64,000 nucleotides of DNA. It comes from Candidatus Latescibacterota bacterium. Lineage in GTDB: Bacteria > Latescibacterota > UBA2968 > UBA8231. The stretch is from the NCBI GenBank assembly GCA_965204725.1, contig OZ242005.1, positions 2,368,001 to 2,432,000 of the forward strand, read 5' to 3'. Of the stretch, positions 56,838 through 64,000 are shown in pieces; within the stretch, counting starts at the first letter, position 1, and every line of letters starts with the position of its first letter. The position numbers were made by a program, and so were the translations under genes. The notes under the pieces are model-generated. The model saw nothing but the letters and a program-made list of their open reading frames with translations, was not told where the DNA came from and did no database searches.

Positions 56838-56915
56838 CAAAACCTCCCATCCCTGTATCCTTTCCGCTACACTCCAGCACCTCCTATTCCCCGCCTCCTC
56901 TCTGAACCGCCGCCT

Positions 56916-56930
56916 TGGCACGATTCTTGC
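56916..56930 (+). promoter_or_regulatory. sigma54 -24/-12 promoter upstream of the Rpn gene
   Basis: TGGCAC-GATTC-TTGC, an exact consensus match, 41 nt before ATG 56972. Confidence 0.65.
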
Positions 56931-56971
56931 CTGTTGCTAGTACCTCCCTACCACAACCCAAGGCATAGCGC

Positions 56972-57904
56972 ATGGCCGAAATCGACACCGTTTCCAAGCA
57001 CCTGATCCAAACCTATCCGGCCGACTTCGCCCGCTTTGCCCTCCGGCGCGACGACATCGAAAACGTCAAAGTGATAGAGAGCGAACTGCCCACCGTCAAA
57101 GCCCGCCGCACCGACAGCCTCCTCCGCGTGCGCATCGCCAGCAAGGATGTCTTAGTCCACCACGAGTTTCAAACCACCGACCACCCGACCATGCCCCTCC
57201 GCATGGCCGGTTACATCGGCCGCATTATCGAGCACTACGGCCTGCCGGTGTACGCCCACGTCTTCTACCTGCGCCCGGCGGCCGGGCGACGCGACCCGGG
57301 GTACTACATTCAAGAGCATCCCGATTATCCGGTCGTGATCCGCTATAAGGTGATCCGCCTGAGCCAACTCTCCGGTCGAGCTGTGCTCGACCGTGCGTTT
57401 GTGGGCTTGCTGCCGTTTGCCCCGTTGATGCAGCCGCCAGCCGGTCAGACCGAGGCGGCGTGGTTAGAGCAGTGTGTGGCACGGGCGGCAGCCCTACCGC
57501 TGGATCGGCTGAGCAAGGCCGATTTTCTCGCGGGACTGGCGATCTTGAGTGGGTTGGTGTATAATCCGCAGACGATCATGGCCACTATTTCCAAGGAGCA
57601 TCTCATGGACCTCATCCGCGAATCCTCGTTTGCCCAGTATCTCGCCGAAAATGCCCGTGAGGAAGGCATGAAGCAAGGCATTGAGCAAGGCATTGAGCAA
57701 GGCATTGAGCAAGGAGGCCGAGAACGCGCTATTGAAGACCTGCTCGACGTGCTGGAGATTCGCTTTGCGCTGGCCGTGTCGGATCCGTTGGCCGCCCGCC
57801 TTGGGGCTATCGACGATGTGCAGCACCTCAAGCAGTTGTTTCGAGCGGCCATACAGGTGCCCAGCCTCGAAGCCTTTAGGCTCCTGTTAGACGCCGACGA
57901 GTAG
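56972..57904 (+). CDS. Rpn/YhgA-like PD-(D/E)xK nuclease (putative transposase family)
   Basis: RRTDSL...HHEFQT...MPLRM..Y, LLPFAPL, EQGI repeats. Confidence 0.85.
   Translation: MAEIDTVSKHLIQTYPADFARFALRRDDIENVKVIESELPTVKARRTDSLLRVRIASKDVLVHHEFQTTDHPTMPLRMAGYIGRIIEHYGLPVYAHVFYLRPAAGRRDPGYYIQEHPDYPVVIRYKVIRLSQLSGRAVLDRAFVGLLPFAPLMQPPAGQTEAAWLEQCVARAAALPLDRLSKADFLAGLAILSGLVYNPQTIMATISKEHLMDLIRESSFAQYLAENAREEGMKQGIEQGIEQGIEQGGRERAIEDLLDVLEIRFALAVSDPLAARLGAIDDVQHLKQLFRAAIQVPSLEAFRLLLDADE
57605..57904 (+). CDS. putative nested in-frame small protein (RpnS-like antitoxin, 99 aa)
   Basis: AAGGAG (57593-57598) lies 6 nt before the in-frame ATG 57605; TATAAT at 57560-57565. Confidence 0.55.
   Translation: MDLIRESSFAQYLAENAREEGMKQGIEQGIEQGIEQGGRERAIEDLLDVLEIRFALAVSDPLAARLGAIDDVQHLKQLFRAAIQVPSLEAFRLLLDADE
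57672..57714 (+). repeat. 12-bp tandem repeat (AGCAAGGCATTG x3.6) encoding EQGI repeats
   Basis: Read directly from the sequence. Confidence 0.92.
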
Positions 57905-57939
57905 ATCAAATTTCAAAGTAGCCCACTACCACTTTTTGC

Positions 57940-57968
57940 TTGAGATTGCGGCGTGTTCGCCGTATCCT
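57940..57968 (+). promoter_or_regulatory. possible sigma70 promoter of the second array
   Basis: TTGAGA-17 nt-TATCCT upstream of an AAGGAGGT RBS. Confidence 0.45.
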
Positions 57969-58034
57969 ATACGGAAATTAGCAGGCACGAGGCACTTTTC
58001 CCGTTTCATCTAACTCCTCCAAAGGAGGTGGGTT

Positions 58035-58967
58035 ATGCAGCGCATTGCTATTCTCTTTGCCGTCCTCGCCCTAGTGGCCCTGCCCAATGCAGGCCAAGCG
58101 CACTGGGACGCCGGCACGGTTTGGTTCGTCGTCCAGTTTCCCGACGGGGCTACCCCCACCATCGACGGCAATCACGGCGATTGGGACGGGGTGCCAGCCT
58201 CTTATGGCATCGACAACTCGGTCTTCAACGATGCCCGCGGCCTAGTCCCCGAAGGCTGGAGCAACGCCGATTGGGACGTCACCGACTTCAGCATGTTGCA
58301 TCGGGTCGGCTGGAACGACACGGACAACAAGATCTACATGGCCACCCAAACCTTCGACGACGAACACAACATGGACCGCACCAGCCATTGGAGCGAGGAC
58401 GATTCGTGGGAGGTGTCGTTTACCTACAACCACGACGCCTATGCCGATGACGGCGGCTACGTCGATATCAACGACGAAAACATTGGCATCAATAGCCGCT
58501 ACAACTTCGCGGTGCCCGTCCATCCGACCCTCGGCGACTGGTTCTGGCTGCGGCCGGGCGATTTGACCGGCACCGAGTGGATATGGCCCGGCACGGATTG
58601 GCTCGAATTCAACTACACTTGGGATGGCGACGAATTCGGCGAGAGCACCTACTACTACGAAATGGGCCTCACGCCCATCGGCTCGTATCCCGTAGGCCTA
58701 GAGGGCGGCTACCAGCCCGAGGATGTGGAGGTATGGGATCTGGAAGAAGGTCAGATCATCCACATTTCCATCGTCCAGATCGACAACGACGGCGACTTCA
58801 ACAACTATCGCACCCCGGGTTGCTGCGGCTACTGGAGCACCCTTGATAATTGCTGTGCGTCGGTCAACGATTGGGTGCTGGCCGAGCCGGATCCGGCCTT
58901 TGTCGCCTCGACCTCGACCTCGGTCGAAGAAGATAGCTGGGCGCGCATCAAGGCCCGCTTTAAGTAA
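58035..58967 (+). CDS. secreted acidic CBM9/DOMON-like protein with C-terminal SVEEDSWARIK motif
   Basis: Signal peptide (GQA-H), PTIDGNHGDW, VGWNDTDNKIY, YYYEM, DLEEGQIIHI; 310 aa like its paralogue. Confidence 0.78.
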   Translation: MQRIAILFAVLALVALPNAGQAHWDAGTVWFVVQFPDGATPTIDGNHGDWDGVPASYGIDNSVFNDARGLVPEGWSNADWDVTDFSMLHRVGWNDTDNKIYMATQTFDDEHNMDRTSHWSEDDSWEVSFTYNHDAYADDGGYVDINDENIGINSRYNFAVPVHPTLGDWFWLRPGDLTGTEWIWPGTDWLEFNYTWDGDEFGESTYYYEMGLTPIGSYPVGLEGGYQPEDVEVWDLEEGQIIHISIVQIDNDGDFNNYRTPGCCGYWSTLDNCCASVNDWVLAEPDPAFVASTSTSVEEDSWARIKARFK

Positions 58968-59017
58968 GTCGCTTCTCCGCTGGAATCGCCTCAATCCAGC
59001 TAGGGGGCAATGCTCAG

Positions 59018-59052
59018 AAGCCCGTGTTCCACGCTGGAACGCGGGCTTTTTT
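59018..59052 (+). terminator. intrinsic terminator
   Basis: AAGCCCGTGTTCCA-CGC-TGGAACGCGGGCTT stem followed by a T tract. Confidence 0.82.
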
Positions 59053-59075
59053 CTTTCCTCGCCAAAGGGGACCGC

Positions 59076-61238
59076 ATGAGAAAACACGGGGTGTTGTGGC
59101 TGGTCGTTGCGTTGGCGGGTCCGGCAGCGGGCGATTGGGCCGAGTTCGCGCTGGGCGGCGAGGACGGCAACCCGTGGGCTGTTCCCCTCGCGCTAGCGAG
59201 CGAAGAAGGCGGCTTCTACACCGTGTACGGCACCGACGGTCAAGTCGTGCGCACCGAGCCAGTGGGAACGTCGCCCGAGTGGGCCGGTGCCGATACCCTG
59301 ATCAACTACGCCGACGGGGCCATGACGCCGGCTTGGGTTGATCCTAGCTTGAACCTGACCCACATCGTCCGTTGGGACCAGAACGGCCAGAGCCAAGTGC
59401 CCTTTCACGATCTAGGCGGCAATATCCGCGTCACGCAGGGCGAGAACTCGGCTTTCATGGGCATGACCCTGCCCAGCACGCTGCTGGCCTACGACGGCGA
59501 CCGCACCTCGGCCATGTTTCGCATCTTCGTGCAGCGCGAGGGAGCACCTCCGGGGGTGGGGCGCGGCTTCCGCAACAATACCATTACCAATTTCGGCGCT
59601 GAAATGCCCATCAACCGCATCCGCTTCTATCCCCGGCTCAGCAAGACCGAAGACGCCCATATCATCGCCGCCATGGCCGCGCCCAAACCCGACCCGGACT
59701 CGTTTGGCGAAGAGAGTTTTGCCGCCAACTTTCTCGAGTGGTACGAGATTGGCGTCGCCGACAGCAGCGTCCCCATCGCCGACGATGCCTTCGCGATTCC
59801 CAAAGGGCTGCGCTGGCACAAAGTCCTCGCCTCGGCCGGCCTCGGCGGCTACCGGGTGAGCAACGATCCCGCCTACACCATTCTGCGCAGCGTCCGCGAA
59901 AACCTCGACGTGGTGGTTGACTTTCGCTTTCCCCTGCAACACGTCCGCTGGGTTTCCATCCGCGCCTTAGACCCGGTGCGCGACTGGGAAATCGCCGAGG
60001 TAGAAATCTACGGACAAGGCTTTGTGCGCCAAGCCCGCTATATAACCGACATCCTCGACTTTGGTCAGCCCATCAACTGGGGCAAAATTCGCTGGAGCGG
60101 CCAGCGCCCCCCCGGCACCCAAGTCGAAATTCGCACTCGCACGGGGACCGACCACAATCCCCACATCTACTGGCAGCCCAACGCCATCACCGGCGAGCCC
60201 GAGGAAATTAGCTTTGCCGAGCACTTCAGCCTCCCCGTCCGCGAGCGCGAACCCCCGCTGTACGACCGCGACCACTGGAGCTTTTGGTCGCCGCCCTACG
60301 ACTTTGCGGACGGCTTGCGCGACCGCGCTCAGGAGGCGACCGCTTGGCTGGACGGCACGGTCCTCCAGTCGCCTTCCCCGCGGCGCTATATGCAGTTGCA
60401 GATCACCTTGTTTGCCACCGAAACCGAGGCCCCTCGCCTCGACGCGCTCCAGTTTCAGTTGGCGCACTCCCTGTCGGCCTCGGCACTACTCGGCGAAATT
60501 TGGCCGGTCGCAGTCCAAGACACCCGCGCCCAGCGTTTCACGTACGTGGTGCGCCCCGACTTCCAGCCCGGCGACACGGGCTTCGACCGGCTCGAGATCG
60601 GCACCCACACCCAAGTTGACACCGTCTATCACGTCAAAATCGGCGGCGTGGCGATCGATCTAGCGGCCTTTCCGCCCCAAGTGCAAGCCGACCGCCTCAT
60701 CATCGCGCTAGACCGCAAGCTGTCCAGCCCGGAAACCGACCGCTTCAAGCAGGTGGAGGTGGCCTTCCAAGTGCCAGTACTGCGCTTCGGCACGGAGTTT
60801 TCCGGCTGGGTGTACAACAGCGACGACCCCGACCGCATCAAGCAGCAAGTACAGCCGGGCAACGCCACCTTCCGCTACGCCGGCGACGGGCTGGCCGTGC
60901 GCACCCAAGTCGGGGGGCGGCTGTTGGCGGATGTGCGGGTGCATCCCAACCCTTTTACCCCCAACAACGACCGGGTCAACGACGCCACGCGGCTGTCCTT
61001 TGACGTGCGCGAAGTGGTCGCACGTCGGCCCCTGCAAGTGGCCCTGTACGACCTAGCGGGCCACGCGGTGCAGACCTTGGCCCACACGCAGATCAAAACC
61101 GGCATCGCAGAGTACTCTTGGGACGGACGCCGGGCCGACGGCCGGCTGGTGTCCCCAGGGCTCTATATCTACCGCATTCGGCTCGACACCGATGAAGGCG
61201 CAGCAGAACACGTCGGCACCATTGCGGTCGCCTATTAG
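59076..61238 (+). CDS. secreted VAY-family protein no.5
   Basis: INRIRFYPR, EIYGQGFV, DFGQPINWG, WSFWSPPY, GEIWP, PNPFTPNNDRVND; ends IAVAY. Confidence 0.85.
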   Translation: MRKHGVLWLVVALAGPAAGDWAEFALGGEDGNPWAVPLALASEEGGFYTVYGTDGQVVRTEPVGTSPEWAGADTLINYADGAMTPAWVDPSLNLTHIVRWDQNGQSQVPFHDLGGNIRVTQGENSAFMGMTLPSTLLAYDGDRTSAMFRIFVQREGAPPGVGRGFRNNTITNFGAEMPINRIRFYPRLSKTEDAHIIAAMAAPKPDPDSFGEESFAANFLEWYEIGVADSSVPIADDAFAIPKGLRWHKVLASAGLGGYRVSNDPAYTILRSVRENLDVVVDFRFPLQHVRWVSIRALDPVRDWEIAEVEIYGQGFVRQARYITDILDFGQPINWGKIRWSGQRPPGTQVEIRTRTGTDHNPHIYWQPNAITGEPEEISFAEHFSLPVREREPPLYDRDHWSFWSPPYDFADGLRDRAQEATAWLDGTVLQSPSPRRYMQLQITLFATETEAPRLDALQFQLAHSLSASALLGEIWPVAVQDTRAQRFTYVVRPDFQPGDTGFDRLEIGTHTQVDTVYHVKIGGVAIDLAAFPPQVQADRLIIALDRKLSSPETDRFKQVEVAFQVPVLRFGTEFSGWVYNSDDPDRIKQQVQPGNATFRYAGDGLAVRTQVGGRLLADVRVHPNPFTPNNDRVNDATRLSFDVREVVARRPLQVALYDLAGHAVQTLAHTQIKTGIAEYSWDGRRADGRLVSPGLYIYRIRLDTDEGAAEHVGTIAVAY

Positions 61239-61248
61239 GAGCCTGAGC

Positions 61249-63303
61249 ATGTTGAGAAGCCTGCTTGCTCCGAGCCTCGCCGCTTTCGTCCTCACCGTCC
61301 CAGTCGGGGCCTTGGATACGCTCCGGGTGGGCTTGGACGCCCCGATTGATTGGGATGGCACCGGGGCGGCTATTGGTACGCTGGACCCAGAGTACCGCAG
61401 CTTGGTCAATCCCAACGTGGTGCTAATAGGCAACGCGCCGGGCGAGCTCATCGACTTTGCCCAGCGAGTCTTAGCGCCTCGGCAACTGCAAGAGGGCGAA
61501 AACATCGCGGCGGGGACCCTCGCACGCGGCGGCACAATAGCCGCCCCGACCGTGCTGCGCTTCACAGCCGACTTCACCCGCACGGATCTGGCCGAGGCCC
61601 TCGCCGAAATCCTCAGCGACCTAGCCGGCGGCGAGACCCAGGCCTTTGAGCGCAAAAGCGACGATGTGCGCGGCACCCTCATCATCGGCGATTTAGGGGG
61701 CCGCTTCGGCGTCAATCGCTTCCGCTTTTATCCGCGCAATACGGTCCATCCCGCGCCCACAGCCGCCTTCCAAAACGACTTTTTGCGCGCGTTTGAGCTA
61801 TTCGTCAACGACGGGCTCAATCTCACGGCCGATGGGTTTCCCCTGTGGGGCGCGCCCATCGTGGAGGAAGCCCAAAACACCCAGCCCGTGGTTGACCTTG
61901 AATTTGATCCGCCCCGCTACATTCGCTCCTTCCGCCTGCGCTCGGCCACGCCCATTCCCTTTGAAATAGACGAAATCGAAATCTACGGCACCGGCTTTTT
62001 GCCGGCCGCGACGTACTTCTCGGATATTTTCGCTACCGGCTTGGCGGCTTGGGGGCGCATTCGTTGGGTGGAAAAAGCCGTGGGGGACTCGGCTCAGTCC
62101 AGCCTGCTGATTGCCACGCGCAGCGGCAGCGACGACACGCCCTTTATCTTTCACCGCCAGCGCACCGACAAGCGCACCGATCCAGAGATTCCTTTCTCCA
62201 TTGCCGATCCCACCCAGCCCATGCGCCTAGCCGAATACGAACGCCTCCCCGTAGTCGATGCGAACGGCGTCACCTGGGCCAAAGGCTCGATCAAGGACGA
62301 TCTAGAACACTGGAGTCCTTGGAGCCCGCCCTATCCGCTCGACGAGGGCACATCCCCTCAAGGCACTCCGATCATCTCCCCTTCGCCGCGGCGCTTCCTC
62401 CAGTTTCGCGTCAGCGCGCAAAGCAACGATATTCATTCGGCGCGCCATCTAGAGCGCATTTCCCTTTCGTATCTGACGCCCCCGCTGGCCGACGAATTCG
62501 TCGCCGAGATTTTTCCCCGCCAAGTCGCGGCTTCCACCTCTACGTCCTTTACCTACGCCGTGCGGATGCGCATGAATTCGCCGAACCTGCTCGGATTCGA
62601 TACGTTTGCGATCCATACCCCCATTCGGGTGGAACAGGTGGAACAGGTGGAAATTCTCAACGCCCAAGGCGAGCTGCTCGCCTCCCATGCCTTTGCACAA
62701 GGCGATACGGCTGGCGGTTCGGGGCTTGCCATCAACGCCATTGCAGCAGACCGCTTCAGCGTGCGCTTTCCGCGCATTCAAGCCGATGGCAGTCTGCTGA
62801 AAATTGCGTTTCGCTCGGCCGTGCTGGCCTTCAGCACCGAATTTCGCGGGCAGGCCTCCCTGTCGAGCGAACCCGGCTCGTTTCAAAACGCCACCTCGGG
62901 CAATAGCACCGACTTGGACGCCGCAGACCAGCCCACCCACTCCGGCACCACCGTGCTGAGTCCCTCGATAATCCGCAGCACCCGGCTGATTGACTCCCTA
63001 GAGCTGACCCCCAATCCTTTTACGCCCAACCGCGACGGGATCAACGACCAAGTCGCCATTGCTTACAACATCTTGGCACTGACCGAGGCCGGGGCCGTCG
63101 CCGTGCGCCTGTACGACCTGTCGGGCCGGCTGGTCCACACCCTCCAGCAGACAGCACTCCGCAACGGTCGCTACGCCCTTACTTGGGATGGGCGAGCCGC
63201 TGGGGGCCAACTCGTCCCCCCGGGCGTGTACTTGCTGGGCGTGACCGTGGCCGGGGACCAAGGCGACGACCTGCGCGCTCACCCTTTATCCGTGGCTTAC
63301 TGA
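61249..63303 (+). CDS. secreted VAY-family protein no.6
   Basis: DLGGRFGVNRFRFYPRN, EIYGTGF, WSPWSPPY, SPSPRRFLQ, PNPFTPNRDGIND; ends LSVAY. Confidence 0.85.
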   Translation: MLRSLLAPSLAAFVLTVPVGALDTLRVGLDAPIDWDGTGAAIGTLDPEYRSLVNPNVVLIGNAPGELIDFAQRVLAPRQLQEGENIAAGTLARGGTIAAPTVLRFTADFTRTDLAEALAEILSDLAGGETQAFERKSDDVRGTLIIGDLGGRFGVNRFRFYPRNTVHPAPTAAFQNDFLRAFELFVNDGLNLTADGFPLWGAPIVEEAQNTQPVVDLEFDPPRYIRSFRLRSATPIPFEIDEIEIYGTGFLPAATYFSDIFATGLAAWGRIRWVEKAVGDSAQSSLLIATRSGSDDTPFIFHRQRTDKRTDPEIPFSIADPTQPMRLAEYERLPVVDANGVTWAKGSIKDDLEHWSPWSPPYPLDEGTSPQGTPIISPSPRRFLQFRVSAQSNDIHSARHLERISLSYLTPPLADEFVAEIFPRQVAASTSTSFTYAVRMRMNSPNLLGFDTFAIHTPIRVEQVEQVEILNAQGELLASHAFAQGDTAGGSGLAINAIAADRFSVRFPRIQADGSLLKIAFRSAVLAFSTEFRGQASLSSEPGSFQNATSGNSTDLDAADQPTHSGTTVLSPSIIRSTRLIDSLELTPNPFTPNRDGINDQVAIAYNILALTEAGAVAVRLYDLSGRLVHTLQQTALRNGRYALTWDGRAAGGQLVPPGVYLLGVTVAGDQGDDLRAHPLSVAY

Positions 63304-63304
63304 C

Positions 63305-64000
63305 ATGGACCGAATACGCATCGCTACGCTAACTTACGTCCTGATCGGGGCCTTCTTGGGGGGCTGTGGTGAACAGGCGTCCCCCATCGTGGTGCAGATC
63401 GGCGAGCGGGCCATCACGGCCGAAGCACTCCGATCGTACGTCCTAGGACTAAACGAGAGCGAGCGAAGCCGCCGGCAAGGCCCGGCCGCACGGCGCGATT
63501 ACCTCCAACCCCTCATCGACTCCCACCTCATGGTGCTGGAAGCCCAAGCCCTCGGGTTGGACACGGCGGCCACCGTTGAGCGTCAACTAGCGCGCAAAAT
63601 CCGTCGGCACTTGGTCGCCCTCTATCTCAAAGGCAAACCCGTGCAACCGCCTCTCGTCGAGGAAGCCGACATCAAACAGCGCTTCGAGCGCAAGGGCCTT
63701 CACCGCAAGTTCGAGCGGAGGACTTGGGGCCTTATGACCGAGGCGCGGCCGGCACTCGACCAAGCCGTGGCCGAGTTGGCGGCCGGCGTCCCGTTTGGCG
63801 AAGTGACCGCCCGCTACTCCATCACCCCGGATGCGGCCAACGGCGGCGAACTCGGCTGGCTGCGGGTGGAATCCATCCGCCGCATGGGCCTGCCCGATTC
63901 CCTGTTTTACGATTTGCCCTTGGGGGTCTTATCGCCCGTGCTGCCCCACTCGGCCGGCTTTTGCGTCGTGCGCTTTGTCGAGGAGCGACCGCTATCCTAC
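63305..64000 (+). CDS. PpiC-type peptidyl-prolyl isomerase lipoprotein (partial, runs off the window)
   Basis: Manual translation: MDRIRIATLTYVLIGAFLGGC lipobox, VVQIGERAIT, YLQPLIDSHLMVLEAQALGLD, FGEVTARYS...GGELGW; paralogue of 31709-33433. Confidence 0.8.
   Translation, partial: MDRIRIATLTYVLIGAFLGGCGEQASPIVVQIGERAITAEALRSYVLGLNESERSRRQGPAARRDYLQPLIDSHLMVLEAQALGLDTAATVERQLARKIRRHLVALYLKGKPVQPPLVEEADIKQRFERKGLHRKFERRTWGLMTEARPALDQAVAELAAGVPFGEVTARYSITPDAANGGELGWLRVESIRRMGLPDSLFYDLPLGVLSPVLPHSAGFCVVRFVEERPLSY

Noticed and set aside
56972-57904. Insertion sequence
   Set aside because: Rpn/YhgA proteins are often labelled transposases, but no terminal inverted repeats or target duplication are visible.
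62628-62652. 9-bp tandem repeat GGTGGAACA (and GGGTACAGA x2 near 43790) as phase-variation sites
   Set aside because: In-frame, only 2-3 copies, with no frameshifting potential.
27686-63303. Flagellar hook-cap (flgD) genes
   Set aside because: Only the C-terminal Ig-like domain resembles FlgD; the proteins have Sec signal peptides and no flagellar genes are nearby.

Overview
GC-rich bacterial chromosomal window. The gene content (many secreted FlgD-Ig/CTD proteins, DUF6785-type membrane proteins, C-terminal SWxRIK motifs, PhyH dioxygenases) suggests an uncultured FCB-superphylum lineage such as Ca. Latescibacterota; this is inference. Family assignments come from motif recognition by eye, not from database searches. 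1-24 kb holds housekeeping and metabolic genes (FAD/Fe-S oxidoreductase, zapA, SulP, infC with an ATC start, PfkB kinase, 2-hydroxyacid dehydrogenase, two PhyH). It also holds defence-island material: a truncated PLD-SNF2 helicase, a BrnT/BrnA relic fused to an SNF2 helicase coupled to a sacsin-like ATPase/HNH-like protein, and an AAA+DUF4143 ATPase behind a 30-bp palindrome. 24-64 kb is dominated by an apparently undescribed modular envelope system. Its parts are six paralogous secreted proteins that all end in a FlgD/T9SS-type-B-CTD-like domain plus an invariant VAY C-terminus, two ~930-aa putative outer-membrane barrel paralogues, two CBM9/DOMON-like SWxRIK-tailed proteins that each head an array and are followed by a terminator, two PpiC foldases, three DUF6785/6784-like polytopic membrane proteins, three GT-C+TPR glycosyltransferases and a cytochrome c-copper monooxygenase lipoprotein. 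CCWGG looks strongly depleted across the window, with its deamination products common. No rRNA, tRNA or CRISPR array was seen.
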